Source: a virus (Duplodnaviria; Caudoviricetes). From it: a DNA stretch of 64,000 nucleotides. A model generated the notes under the pieces. The model searched no databases, was not told the DNA's origin, and was given only the letters and a program-made list of their open reading frames with translations. Where the stretch lies: positions 372 through 64,371 of the IMG/VR virus record IMGVR_UViG_3300021197_001179, one strand, 5' to 3'. A program made the position numbers and the translations under genes. Below, in pieces: positions 55,101 through 62,173 of this stretch. How positions within the stretch are numbered: the first letter of the stretch is position 1; each line of letters starts with the position of its first letter.

Positions 55101-56432
55101 GAGCTTAAAAGGCTTGGTTACGATATAAGTGACATTCAATGGAAAGACCATAAATGGAATAAGAAAGCTGCTAGATATGCTCAACAAATGGTTGATCGCC
55201 AGCAAAATGTATCGGACCCGGAAATGATGGGGACATTCCTTACTTCTAAGGAAACAACCAATATTTTTCTCAGAAAGGTCTTTATACCATTTCAGTCTTT
55301 TGTTTTGAATCAGAAGTCTAGAATGTATGCTGATTTAACCGTGTTGAATAAGGGAGGTTCTAATGAAGATAAAGAAGCAGCAGCACGTTCTCTTGCAGGT
55401 TTACTAGCTGAATTAAGTATCTTTTACATGCTTGGCATTTGGTTTACGGAATTGTACGAAAAGGCTGGTAAATATATTGCTGGATCTTATGGGTTTGGAG
55501 AGAAAGAAGATGAGGATGAAATAGTCAGAAAGATGAACGAGGAGTATGACAACAGGGCTTGGTGGATGAAAACAGCAAGAAAGGTTTCTACCTCTTTAAC
55601 CACAGATATAATCTCTCCTTTCCCCCTTGTAGATGACCCTATAAAAATGGGAGTCAATGAGCTTATTGAATTGACAAAACCAGAGACATCTACTCCTTAT
55701 GAAGAGTACAAAAAAGATTTGGAAAAACTCTCAGACCCAATTGGAAAGGAGAAGGCTGAATTAGCTCTTGGTTATTTAAAAGTTCAGATAGAATCCACGA
55801 GGGACATTTACCCGGAATCTTACAGATTGCAAATGCCTGTTTATGAAAAGCTTTTAAAAGAGTATGAAAATAACGACACAAAAAAATACTCAACAACTAG
55901 AAAAGAAGCTGAAAAGGCAATGAGAGACTTCCAACAAGGGGAAATACCTTTCTATTTGTATGAGCGTAGGACTGATGAACTTTTAAACTCACTTGGTGTG
56001 CTTGGAATAGGTGCTAAATCATTCACCAAAACTTTTGAGACATTCGACATGATTGACGGTGAGTTTGAAAAAGAGTACATGGGGACTAAAAACAAGATGA
56101 AGATTCAAGACCCGGACGGAAATCTACCTAAACTTATGATGGAAACTGGGGCAATTCAAATTGCAACTGCATTTTTTGGAGGAAAAGAAATCGCATCAGT
56201 TGCCGACAATGTGATTAAAGAAGTTAAAAAGGGCGCAAAAACTGAGGGTCAAATCAAAACCGAAAGAATAGAGGAGATAAAGAAATACATTCTTGAAGAG
56301 AGTGGTCGCGAAGATGATGTTCAAGATATATACAAGGAAATGTTACAGCTTTCTAAAGAAATATATTCAAAACCATTGATTGAACTCACAGACAAAGAGT
56401 TTAAAAGAATAGACGCAATGGTAGACTACTAA
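43185..56432 (+). CDS. giant polyvalent virion/ejection protein (ParB-like, zincin HExxH, possible GNAT-like module)
   Basis: 4415 aa; DPDRFQYK..YVVNGHNR; NTPIHEYGHLW; Pro/Glu/Lys linkers. Confidence 0.8.
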   Translation: MGFEGTVSYDEFGIPIKSKAEEVAVDEFGIPIKKKEETEVSKSPSQDGESEFTEPETGVDEYGNEVSLRPGSEEQKPFYALDEEKYRAEKDSEEEEVEPTGPTGATGADGAYQDEGAYGVAVTPTGAAVDLDQPYYREQDKIRREVASNQSVFGIDKPDEDLRNYTAIPLPVDVESNEDVKGYLSSQVGDVQNLVNRALLNPQEYGYPERLSSASEEDIQTLVNEMWKFSSPKFESSSVSGQTPYGVSVETETQPLPLDSQGDNFINLDESYFRNVARKAIDDYTSLFEANRNNEILEESVRYYYDNGYAPEAIMGSLYRDLSLQDVEKMPQEERDLYDNVVELKNISEQLNSSSKQSTKNAGLQTRYNDLLLKNKSLRNTIGKDRKPLYNMLTGKPVDKLDGNSMNLSFAIEDAKEKLTYEDNIEDLYIKASLASNENISYGLKTKKDIKIPLSDIDSRAAINYLESKGYKRKSAGYRVVGFDQVSLSDVANFSVRGSINEELSEEAERWLDRNTDLMVDRIAARDMSLLNLDPGKYRKEQITLPILGDIYPTRMAEVIGEEVLPKGMTEEIGLSDVKLVDSAIRQLKNSGISLTEKQEENAERTFGLEVQEGVSAFAPMLVELAVLNKAAGALKVASGLDKVLKAYKAGNKFQRGTAILADAIIEEGTMQVAGLQPGAGASFSIMGNRLRKYGLDKFPLKFKGEFARINKLADSVWSNSMTGAVTMEFASNVEAAIEDIMGGETMQNHFEQNYSDLSEVGKRGLVNAFVFNIIGGRGLVGKGKSGFRIRRMEEARDELQRKGHNSEAKELTNYINQYYAGKPGKSQNLSYNDMKLFVDNMPENESQTFTVSSLEEVPEEFRDRVKRELEVEREVDRTFLGIPLGKKTTKEGIAYSYEVTGKEMREYLSKTQGEKTDSEFKDDFNKSEREVMRRESVEKEPTAEPKPEPPKEQKDDTKTTEQKTNLREITSEERKESVLPEHDNLGMSDKKFKLKNESSFGDKGSVGVYVDPANGSEDVFMVIPDRTDDSNYIGYKRVYENGKPTNKFSIKAEMSNSKKGDTKKSFQAVSEALPEGHVLIETENISSDGLILWSNQIKNNYSPTGNVFEVGVNLEGKKVVLGGTRSTGSFSKGNFTEEESVKAEKELNKLIENIEGAKVVRKKISPPGTPNLYHFRLTLPELKIDDTKTTEQKLVEAGEQVREEPGRVQEPESGREEGETSDVLQKQEEVDIEGVEGKKVTISEDHPIDELNLDPDRFQYKVEGLEETGATGSLKGVRQFNKELAGVVLAWKDPADGKTYVVNGHNRVNLAKQTGTDVIDIRYIEADNAQEARALGALTNIAEGKGTALDAAKYFRDTETTKQELEDLGLRITDKIANDGISLSNLSDRLFDLVAQGKVTKERGVIIGGKITSKDVQEQVYKMITPKMTNKHLSEIADMAETAPKETATEQTLFGETETEKAAIIEKAKLLSDIRSKLVRDKNIFGNAAKNAERLEEAGNKIAIEESADISKEAATVLGVFDAIKNTTPEITQIINNTVKELKDEKSRKKRKELTESAYSRIKEAIPAAIKGVERSSVQRGEEVPKDTGVARAEKAEPKKVTKEKPTESEIELAQDLLSEIEAEKKTKDTTPKTEPAPKEAAPDAKTQPNELYKKVTAVEGDLKETEYQIQGNSDVIKKRGGIKNKKGEETFDNGPNTFESRFKDKFRVKDPAFGDARNLARAKGAGTTGKVVSDIKTIDGKRFLRLAFNGGDTRGGAAAGVTIKIPEGVDVKVFSGIHKKAFQEAIDKNIADPKNNEYDKAYSTYDFIMKEKQIMADMNKAKSAQISKIKKSNEPVPVKEKPVTTPKAEPSAPKITSNVSLGVRGTLFEPDRPLIDKGDKPARQIDHIDEFGEEYREYYPAFAWGPEYGPYNKTKNGDISSHVWSNIAGKPTLILGVVGPEMREVGRPSSVGTVFTFETVADARKAQPKIEQDFRKLLKRFEDKLKEGPKGFALQEDVAPVIHKWATQYTKRNNEPAPKGDVPQFRKAKPKKLKWTKTVEKSMASSPISKRDETLRKAVVDLVEGKLTMNEFREIQDRVSPTGPIETFFGAITEARAKRALRKTQAEKYGDFSQLKEGDFVEGRLDIPAYLAKNAWIDSIHEYSKATGRAGKPISYLPAMYFSGGKDGKVVFSTDPRDAINIASGAIPKSTIARVQGNYKKVPGEWNTMDEMGKAAEKFFEQEIFNNPEWRQMGMNPFRRSDFWDRENGRSVESADEVFMIGGLVYGKNIEYSTKSKLLEDQGIALEGAFGVSQIKYISVPNQITKEGLFKQSELDDIESKTPELYQEIIDRKTVNRDGKIKYTLNMVNPDGSKGGLKILEENHPDIYKRVKPLFTTFVGKGTSPLLDSEGNVVKFSKLPIDKEGVEARKTDETVSNVIDNMNSVELVNEGVEVGKPKTTDKKIDVKALNKRVAKPYEIVKWEDFEGLPFVFTITDALTTGNTKNPNTGNTIKNLYGGIGFTNSKGNLGENAWASVTPTVSGKYIANALEVYENNKEQLDRWWADNPEYNGLVPMAVVKMGPDGIVSNEALFRVANDNIKTHIPPANRKAALTALVGTVNARIAQLEEAVNKGRTLKSLANEKAGEKVEGGKATKKNIESYEKQIGQNKAILDVVKKNKITKIDGLLDTLMELPLGTRAIVSKNVFYGDFKAEKPGKPGKDVAIALLEGLDVDARKYINIKSLAEIIEEKSFSDIPDSHIVSIVGVDVLNPKINVTTKGKQILREDIKRFNKEGKKAEAKRLQEILDNAGKAIHPNYPFAVPGRSIGILESPVHMGDAFAEAYASALAIVTKNEAEQKAIKEASALKQGIPVQMGLPNKAFRGAIARTKSTEVDKLISFANRAFPSANVFTSPEAWERIMNRPNVRKRVVDGETVYGLTIQGDIYLNPKFKEFNTPIHEYGHLWGDMIEADNPALFNKGKELVKQTEAYKRNLKESEEVYGKGTREAEMDAVKETMAELIGDKGEKIANESVKQGWKEWLLGLWKYLQSKFPNLKSLTLKDIENLTLDQFLGGALRDIMSGKEITFKKSKNKSPMKRSAKGANENIFAENIEAALAKGASLEAIKEAYKRKIRQENVGNPAEISRLTVELEKAIAQFSKKPLVGKNTPTDLQDKLGIEFKDGNKLEVNRKTLSSWVNNTFKKGYSAGAKDERTKKAEINRVKKSIENQIASLLNTMVKAQGKGLISTQKSLAIVNKFRKTNLLNPDSVERFVSYFDNALTKAGYVKKIAEANDLRKKIRSKQKDEKVDVALTDVAKKFTKIDPNKLSDIDEYIEIAKSVLNGVSKSKAGKDGINWRSAFDIDKVNNYLESKLKDQEEEALSRMEEKFMKTFGIDPEGKFTRQQMMEALKQIKDESLDRAKETKIRTEAVNVFNTYKAIIERMLSDKEDPFSFPKTGIPSVDRNTEKLITRFVNMDPKRLEITDLIQAVDALNNFLVNQTTGGLEKIVSRYEGATGVESLVLKKKIKAIPIRLGSKFIGRAVTEKISTIPVMLEQMFVGSRKALVVAETSGYSDISEGNAAALKNTEKVRDLYIDKFKNKKPNGEKFSSAANITERGMLAFMMRSTLDNNPDKIQDTFDRRKNLMKENIEVLKEAMGPEGSRNKTNEKLYDLYKEAYDKILEGSDNISEVQSKTDPINKQAVDFWVVEFNKILPNLQAVSTNIYNSELVLEKYYNPDIYRTLERTGGQQLEYDESKGSFNDLTSGIYEKKSPMMIRVKKPTRLPKERYISLEFDLNNIHAYEAALVDINTATGIQVYSGFVNNKAFFNKLIEDPRDRTLFRTRMEQYMRDIRNKNYINDPYGRKVVEWTDFISRVGTTQALGGLTQAPKQFIPVMVNTAINAGTLDLNVSTLFNPDVIEAIANSGMPIANRGIRSQTQIEGMRKQLRNLAAFEGNKAEKAVKNIQDFWLETFLKKPDVLAAQSSFITYYKKELKRLGYDISDIQWKDHKWNKKAARYAQQMVDRQQNVSDPEMMGTFLTSKETTNIFLRKVFIPFQSFVLNQKSRMYADLTVLNKGGSNEDKEAAARSLAGLLAELSIFYMLGIWFTELYEKAGKYIAGSYGFGEKEDEDEIVRKMNEEYDNRAWWMKTARKVSTSLTTDIISPFPLVDDPIKMGVNELIELTKPETSTPYEEYKKDLEKLSDPIGKEKAELALGYLKVQIESTRDIYPESYRLQMPVYEKLLKEYENNDTKKYSTTRKEAEKAMRDFQQGEIPFYLYERRTDELLNSLGVLGIGAKSFTKTFETFDMIDGEFEKEYMGTKNKMKIQDPDGNLPKLMMETGAIQIATAFFGGKEIASVADNVIKEVKKGAKTEGQIKTERIEEIKKYILEESGREDDVQDIYKEMLQLSKEIYSKPLIELTDKEFKRIDAMVDY
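46049..46766 (+). repeat. 28-bp direct repeat pair
   Basis: AGATGATACGAAAACTACCGAACAAAAA at 46049-46076 and 46739-46766. Confidence 0.95.
46741..46878 (+). CDS. nested out-of-frame 45-aa basic protein
   Basis: MIRKLPNKNLWRLVSKSGKNLGEFKSRKAAEKRERQVMYFKNKKK; A-rich context before ATG. Confidence 0.7.
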   Translation: MIRKLPNKNLWRLVSKSGKNLGEFKSRKAAEKRERQVMYFKNKKK

Positions 56433-56473
56433 GCACGTTGTTACATCTCCTCAAAATTCCGTACCTTTGAGAT

Positions 56474-56845
56474 ATGCCGAAAGATGCATGCTATAAGAAG
56501 GTAAAAGCCAAGTATAAGGTTTTCCCTAGTGCAAGGGCATCTCAAGCTATAGCCAAGTGCCGAAAGAAAAAAGGCAAGGTTACAAAAAGTAAGAAGGGCG
56601 CAAGCCTGAAGAGATGGGATAAGGAAAAGTGGGTTGATACTCGTACCGGAAAGGCATGTGGTGCTGGAGGTAAAAATGAGTATTGCAGACCCACAAAGCG
56701 TGTTTCTAAAAAGACTCCGAAAACTAAGTCGGAAATGTCCAAGTCAGAACTCGCTAGGAAGAAGAGGGAGAAGAAGAAAGTGGGAATGGGTAAGAGAGTA
56801 AAACCTGTTAGAAGAAAAACGACTCGTGGCGGCAAAAAAAGGTAG
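56474..56845 (+). CDS. conserved basic phage protein
   Basis: DACYKKVKAKYKVFPSARAS..LKRWDKEKWVD..YCRP; TACCTTTG box 4 nt before ATG. Confidence 0.8.
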   Translation: MPKDACYKKVKAKYKVFPSARASQAIAKCRKKKGKVTKSKKGASLKRWDKEKWVDTRTGKACGAGGKNEYCRPTKRVSKKTPKTKSEMSKSELARKKREKKKVGMGKRVKPVRRKTTRGGKKR

Positions 56846-57140
56846 TTGTAACGTAAGTAGGGCGAAATCCACTATGAAGCGTTTAGGAATCAAGGGTTTT
56901 AACAAGCCTAAGAGAACTCCTTCACACGCCAAGAAGAGTCACATCGTAATGGCTAAAGATGGTTGTAAGACCAAACTTATCCGTTTCGGTGAGCAGGGAG
57001 CATCAACTGCTGGCAAGCCAAAGAAAGGTGAGTCAGACAAGATGAAGAAGAAGAGGGCGAGTTTTAAAGCTCGTCACAGAGCGAATATTAAAAAAGGTAA
57101 AATGTCTGCCGCCTATTGGGCAAACAAAGTAAAATGGTAA
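56826..57140 (+). CDS. conserved basic phage protein (DUF6321-like)
   Basis: NKPKRTPSH..KLIRFGEQG..SFKARH..SAAYWANKVKW. Confidence 0.8.
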   Translation: MAAKKGSCNVSRAKSTMKRLGIKGFNKPKRTPSHAKKSHIVMAKDGCKTKLIRFGEQGASTAGKPKKGESDKMKKKRASFKARHRANIKKGKMSAAYWANKVKW

Positions 57141-57143
57141 GAT

Positions 57144-57335
57144 ATGGCTTACGGTAAAATGTACGGAAAGAAAAGCAAGCCCTCAATGAAGAAGGGTGGT
57201 GCTAAAAAGTCTAAGGCGTTTAAGCCACACATGATGTACAGCAAGGCTGGGAAAGGTGTTAAGGCTAACACAAAAGCACAACACTTGGCACTTAAAGCTA
57301 AAGGCTACACTCACACAAAGCCTAAAAAGAAGTAA
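57144..57335 (+). CDS. small basic protein
   Basis: FKPHMMY..HLALKAKGYTH. Confidence 0.75.
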   Translation: MAYGKMYGKKSKPSMKKGGAKKSKAFKPHMMYSKAGKGVKANTKAQHLALKAKGYTHTKPKKK

Positions 57336-57338
57336 GAC

Positions 57339-58187
57339 ATGGCAATTACTGCGATATCACACAGTGTATGTTTAGATTGTAGCGAAAACTCTTTCACTAT
57401 CACCGGTACTAAAACAGGTGCTATAGGGGGGACTCCTGGCTCTACATTGTATGTTACAGATCCTAGCGGAAATCTTACCGAGTATGACGCAATGGACCTA
57501 TATAACAATGGGACTCAAACCATTGCGGCTGGAACAACAAACATAACGGCTTCTAACTCTGTAAGTTCTGTAACCCTTGATTGGGGGACGGTAGCTATCA
57601 ATACGACATACTCGTTTATATTCAGAACAATGATTAATGGGTATGTTCAAGATTACGTAATCAGCTATCTTTCTGATTCTACTGCCACCAACGCTGAAGT
57701 TGGAAATAATTTAGCTGATTTGCTAAATACAATTTCCCCCATTGTAAACATTCAAACCACAGCTTATAGTGGTTCTGGAAGTGCTATTACAATTACCGCA
57801 AACTCAGGAGTTTTCTTTGGAGTTGCTGACCTTAATAATCTTACATCTACATCTTCTACCCCAAACACTTCTACGACTACTGCAACATTTGCAGATGGAA
57901 TCTATATCGTAAAGTGGGTTGTGACAGATAGTGGGGCTGCTAATCCATCTCCATCAATTACCAACTCTATCTTCCTATGTAACGTAGAGAAGTGTGTAAG
58001 AGAGAAAGCGTCCAAGGTAGACGTAGGTTGTGGGTGTTGCGGAAGCAGAGAGTCTGAGGAGGCTATGGATGCCATTCTATACTTGGAGGGAATCAAGTCT
58101 GCTGTTGCTTGTGGAAAACTAGAAAAAGCAAAGACCATACTAAGTGGTCTTGAAAATATTTGTAATAATGATTGTAAACACTGTTAA
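57339..58187 (+). CDS. tail structural protein with Cys-rich C-terminus (hub-like)
   Basis: FADGIYIV, CGCC, CNNDCKHC. Confidence 0.6.
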   Translation: MAITAISHSVCLDCSENSFTITGTKTGAIGGTPGSTLYVTDPSGNLTEYDAMDLYNNGTQTIAAGTTNITASNSVSSVTLDWGTVAINTTYSFIFRTMINGYVQDYVISYLSDSTATNAEVGNNLADLLNTISPIVNIQTTAYSGSGSAITITANSGVFFGVADLNNLTSTSSTPNTSTTTATFADGIYIVKWVVTDSGAANPSPSITNSIFLCNVEKCVREKASKVDVGCGCCGSRESEEAMDAILYLEGIKSAVACGKLEKAKTILSGLENICNNDCKHC

Positions 58188-58189
58188 TT

Positions 58190-58879
58190 ATGGGATGTAA
58201 TTCATGTTCAGACATAACTCTTCCGGGCGTTGCTGGATCACAAGGTGCAAGTGGAGAACAAGGGTCTCAAGGACCGATAGGTAACACCGGACCTGCTGGA
58301 TCTTCTGTTTCTGTAATAGAAATAGACACATCAATAGTTGCTAGTAGAGAAAGTAATTACCCTACTAGCCCAAATAAGAGGGTGTCAATTCCGGCAGATA
58401 CTTGGAAAGTTGTTGATGACATGGTTGAATTAGAATTGATGTTTCAAACAAGCGGAAAGTACACTCCTGGATCAGAACCATTTATGAAGGTTGAGTTAGG
58501 TGGTTTTCCCGTTAAAATCTATTGCGGAAACGTAAACAACGAGATTGCATTTAGATCAGACATGGCTATTAGGGGTGGTCAGAATCAGATTGTTAAAATG
58601 AAGATTCAACTTCCTATGACTGATGCTGGCAGTGTTATGCCAATCCTTGAGACATCTGTATATGCCGGAACGTCAGCAGGTACAGAAAAATTTAGTTTGG
58701 CTTATGACACATCTTCACCCATAAGTTCATCGTATGGTCGTTGTGATGCCACTACGGGTCTTACTTTAAATAGTTCAATTGACTTGGACGTTTATATGAA
58801 AGACACTTACTCTGGAGATAACCCACAGTCATTTAATATGATTTACTACAAGCTCCTCTCTTATAAGAAGATAACATGA
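58190..58879 (+). CDS. collagen-repeat tail protein
   Basis: MGCNSC then Gly-X-Y repeats. Confidence 0.7.
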   Translation: MGCNSCSDITLPGVAGSQGASGEQGSQGPIGNTGPAGSSVSVIEIDTSIVASRESNYPTSPNKRVSIPADTWKVVDDMVELELMFQTSGKYTPGSEPFMKVELGGFPVKIYCGNVNNEIAFRSDMAIRGGQNQIVKMKIQLPMTDAGSVMPILETSVYAGTSAGTEKFSLAYDTSSPISSSYGRCDATTGLTLNSSIDLDVYMKDTYSGDNPQSFNMIYYKLLSYKKIT

Positions 58880-60105
58880 TTGAATCAAAAAATGTAATAG
58901 ACCTGACCACAATAGCGTCAGGTACGATAAACATCCCTGTTGAGAACACTGTACCGCCAAGTTGCGTGTATGGTGATACTTCTAATTACTACAGGGTAAC
59001 TGCGACTTCTGAGGTAACACTTACGGGTAACTTAACTTTTGCGGCATTAGGAACTCCTACTGCCAATACATTTGTTAAATTTTACTTTGAAAAGGCTATT
59101 ATAGTAGGGTCTAACTCAGTTAACATTTTCGGAACGGACATAAATGCAATTGCAGGAGTAAGTTTGGCTGGTGAGTTGTTCGGAACTGGAGTTAATGATC
59201 CATTAACTGTAGACTGTTTGTATAATTCAACTACGGCATCGTGGTCTGTGTCAGTTAACGTAAATTTTGTAGCCCCAAGCACTCCGGTAATAACGTCTAA
59301 AATAAAAGACGCTGCTGTTACCACAGCCAAGATTGCCGATCTTAATGTAACAACCGGTAAGCTTGCTGCATCAGCAGTAACCCTAGCTAAAGTTCAAAAC
59401 GTAGCTGCTAACTCTGTGTTGGTTAGAGACGCTAACTCTTCAGGGGTACTTACAGAAAAGGCTTTGGCTACCACACAGATTCTTATCGGTGACGGCACAG
59501 GCTTTACTGCTGCTGCACTTAGTGGGGATGTTACAATGACCAATGCAGGTGTTGTAACACTTGCGACTAACTCAGTTGTTACTGCTGACATTACAGATGC
59601 TAATGTTACCACAGCTAAACTTGCTGACGGTGCGGCTACTCTAGCAAAACTAGGAAGCACAGGAAAGCTTGCAAGTGCTTACGCTGATGTAGGTACTCCT
59701 GCATCAACAGTAGAAACGACATTGTTCACAACGACTCTTGCAGCATCTCAATTAGCTGCTGACGGAGAGTCTGTAAGGATGACCGCATATGGTGAAACTG
59801 CTGCGAATGCAAACACCAAAACTCTGAAGGTTTATTTAGCGTCAAGTGTTATCGCTCAAAACAGTACCACAACAGCACCTAATGGAAAAAACTGGAAAAT
59901 TGTTGCTGACGTAACTAGGTCGGGAGCAACTTCTGCCGTAGAGCATGTTTCAATTGAATTTGATGGGGTAGCTGCTGAAATTGACGTAAGTAAAGTAGGA
60001 GCAACTTGGTCTAATGCTAATGATTTATTTGTTACTGGAACCAACGGAACAAGTGCTGCAAACGATATTATATTAAAACAAGTAATTGTAGAGTACATTA
60101 AATAA
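58876..60105 (+). CDS. tail fibre protein
   Basis: VTTAKIAD-type repeats, LSGDVT. Confidence 0.75.
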   Translation: MIESKNVIDLTTIASGTINIPVENTVPPSCVYGDTSNYYRVTATSEVTLTGNLTFAALGTPTANTFVKFYFEKAIIVGSNSVNIFGTDINAIAGVSLAGELFGTGVNDPLTVDCLYNSTTASWSVSVNVNFVAPSTPVITSKIKDAAVTTAKIADLNVTTGKLAASAVTLAKVQNVAANSVLVRDANSSGVLTEKALATTQILIGDGTGFTAAALSGDVTMTNAGVVTLATNSVVTADITDANVTTAKLADGAATLAKLGSTGKLASAYADVGTPASTVETTLFTTTLAASQLAADGESVRMTAYGETAANANTKTLKVYLASSVIAQNSTTTAPNGKNWKIVADVTRSGATSAVEHVSIEFDGVAAEIDVSKVGATWSNANDLFVTGTNGTSAANDIILKQVIVEYIK

Positions 60106-60743
60106 TGTCTTTTCAGGTAATAAATAACGCTAATGATTTGCTCATCTATGATGTGACAAATGACAACGTAAACTATTACGCTAAATCAGGTCTTACGGTT
60201 AATGTGCTTGGAGGTGCTGTTACATTGACTTCCACAAACCCTGATGGTACAAGTCAGATTGTAATGTCTACAAGATACACAGACGTTACTGTTCCATCTT
60301 CAACAAGCGCATATGACTTAGCCACAAAAATATATGGCTATATTAATTCTTCTGGAGGTGCTATAAACTCAAAGCAAGTGATACTTACCTCCTCACAGAT
60401 TCTTGCCTTAAATTCCACTCCAATTACTTTGGTTGATGGAATTGCTGGCGTAGAAATACAAGTGATTAGCGCAGCTATACACCTAAAGTTCAACTCCTCA
60501 TCTTACTCCTCTCACACCACGCTTGCCATTGGAAGCACATCAAATCCAGACGGTCAAGCGTCTTTAAATTGTTTGGGGGCTAGTTCAGATGTGAGGGGAA
60601 CGATGGCATTGCTTACGGACGGAACAACTTCCAACATGCATACTGGAGAAAATATCGTAGCAACTGTTGTTTCTGGAAACCCAAGCGGAGGAAACAGCGA
60701 TGTTGTAGTTGATGTAACTTATAGGACTGTTAACATTCCATAA
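60105..60743 (+). CDS. tail-associated structural protein
   Basis: LTSSQILALNSTPITLV. Confidence 0.65.
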   Translation: MSFQVINNANDLLIYDVTNDNVNYYAKSGLTVNVLGGAVTLTSTNPDGTSQIVMSTRYTDVTVPSSTSAYDLATKIYGYINSSGGAINSKQVILTSSQILALNSTPITLVDGIAGVEIQVISAAIHLKFNSSSYSSHTTLAIGSTSNPDGQASLNCLGASSDVRGTMALLTDGTTSNMHTGENIVATVVSGNPSGGNSDVVVDVTYRTVNIP

Positions 60744-61498
60744 TGAACTTCACTAGACAGAACATAAAAAACAGGACAGTACTCGCAAGGTGCTGCTATT
60801 CCGACATGATAATTGATATGATGGAAGCTTCAGCTAGTGGCGATACTGAGCTTTACAATTGCATAAAGAAGAAGGCTTGGATGCTACGCTACGCTATATC
60901 TCAGATGTGCGAGTATGAGTCTGACAATATTTTTGGGGCTAACATAGGGAGCGACCCTACGGCACAAGCTTATGTTGCCGTTAATACAACGACATTCCCA
61001 ACTTCGGTAGCTGGAGCAACGACATTAACGTCATTAAAATTTAGTGGCGGCAAAGGTGTTTCAGGTGCGGTTGATATAGCTACACCAGGTCTATCACTTA
61101 GTACCGGTGTAGATAAGTATTACAATGTTGTTTCAAAACTATCTAAGAATATAAACTCTTACAGTAGAGCTAATAAATACACTGATGGTATTTATGATGT
61201 AAAGTCTAAAATAGATATTGCAGGAGTTAAAGCTGCTGCACCAGAACTCATAACAACTGTAACTTATGACAGAAGTAATTTTGGTGCTGCTGTGGCGGCT
61301 TCTATTATTTATTCTGATAGCGCAGGAACGGTTGTAACAACAACTTTAGATAGCGATACTGAAGCTCCAGCACCAACATCATCTTCTTTCACAAATAACA
61401 TAGCAAGAAAATTCCTCAACCAAATGGATGAGTATTGTGGATGTCCATGTGGAGATAATTCAAACTTAACTAACGACACCCTTCCAAAATATATATAA
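60743..61498 (+). CDS. tail structural protein with Cys motifs
   Basis: RCC, YCGCPCG. Confidence 0.55.
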   Translation: MNFTRQNIKNRTVLARCCYSDMIIDMMEASASGDTELYNCIKKKAWMLRYAISQMCEYESDNIFGANIGSDPTAQAYVAVNTTTFPTSVAGATTLTSLKFSGGKGVSGAVDIATPGLSLSTGVDKYYNVVSKLSKNINSYSRANKYTDGIYDVKSKIDIAGVKAAAPELITTVTYDRSNFGAAVAASIIYSDSAGTVVTTTLDSDTEAPAPTSSSFTNNIARKFLNQMDEYCGCPCGDNSNLTNDTLPKYI

Positions 61499-61860
61499 TG
61501 GCAACCTTAACATCAACACTACAATTGGTAAGTTCTGACGTAAGTTCAGATGCGTTATCAATTAACCAAACAAAAGCTCTTACAGTAACAAATCCTTCTG
61601 TAGACATAGCAAGACAATCTGTAGCCACTACAGGTCAGTTTAACATACTTACCACTGCGAACAGTAGCATCACATATGTTTATTTAAAAAACGCTGACGC
61701 AACTAACATCATCACAATAAAAGATGACGCTGGTAATTCTCACATGGACCTTGGTCCTGGCGAGATGGCTTTCTTTCCGGTAAAAGGTGGAGTAGGATTA
61801 GAGGCAACAGCTAACTCAGCTCCTTGTGTTCTTGAATACGGATTTTGGACTAAATCATAA
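61498..61860 (+). CDS. structural protein
   Basis: YVYLKN, LGPGEMAFFP. Confidence 0.65.
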   Translation: MATLTSTLQLVSSDVSSDALSINQTKALTVTNPSVDIARQSVATTGQFNILTTANSSITYVYLKNADATNIITIKDDAGNSHMDLGPGEMAFFPVKGGVGLEATANSAPCVLEYGFWTKS

Positions 61861-61870
61861 ATAAAAAATT

Positions 61871-62170
61871 ATGTCAAAATTATCACCAGGCGAAGTAGAA
61901 AGCCTATCACAATTAAGAAAAGTATCTGGCACGGGTGGCTTTAAATTACTTACGGGTACAGGCGCACACACTTCTTTGACGGGATATGCTATTGTAGCTA
62001 ATACCGATACTGTGTTTACTGTGTTTAAAATAGATGGAGTAGATAGCGTGGCTAAACAAGGTCTTGCAAGTCAAACCATTAAAGCAGGAGCATACTTACC
62101 AGTTCCTGAAGGACAGGCAATCACAGACATCCAATTGGCTTCTGGAGACTGCATAATCTACAATCTGTAA
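61871..62170 (+). CDS. structural protein
   Basis: 99 aa, ITDIQLASG. Confidence 0.65.
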   Translation: MSKLSPGEVESLSQLRKVSGTGGFKLLTGTGAHTSLTGYAIVANTDTVFTVFKIDGVDSVAKQGLASQTIKAGAYLPVPEGQAITDIQLASGDCIIYNL

Positions 62171-62173
62171 GAT

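Noticed and set aside
43684-55896. Many minus-strand ORFs inside the giant gene and other structural genes
   Set aside because: Ser/Phe/Leu-rich antisense shadows of Glu/Lys-rich coding sequence
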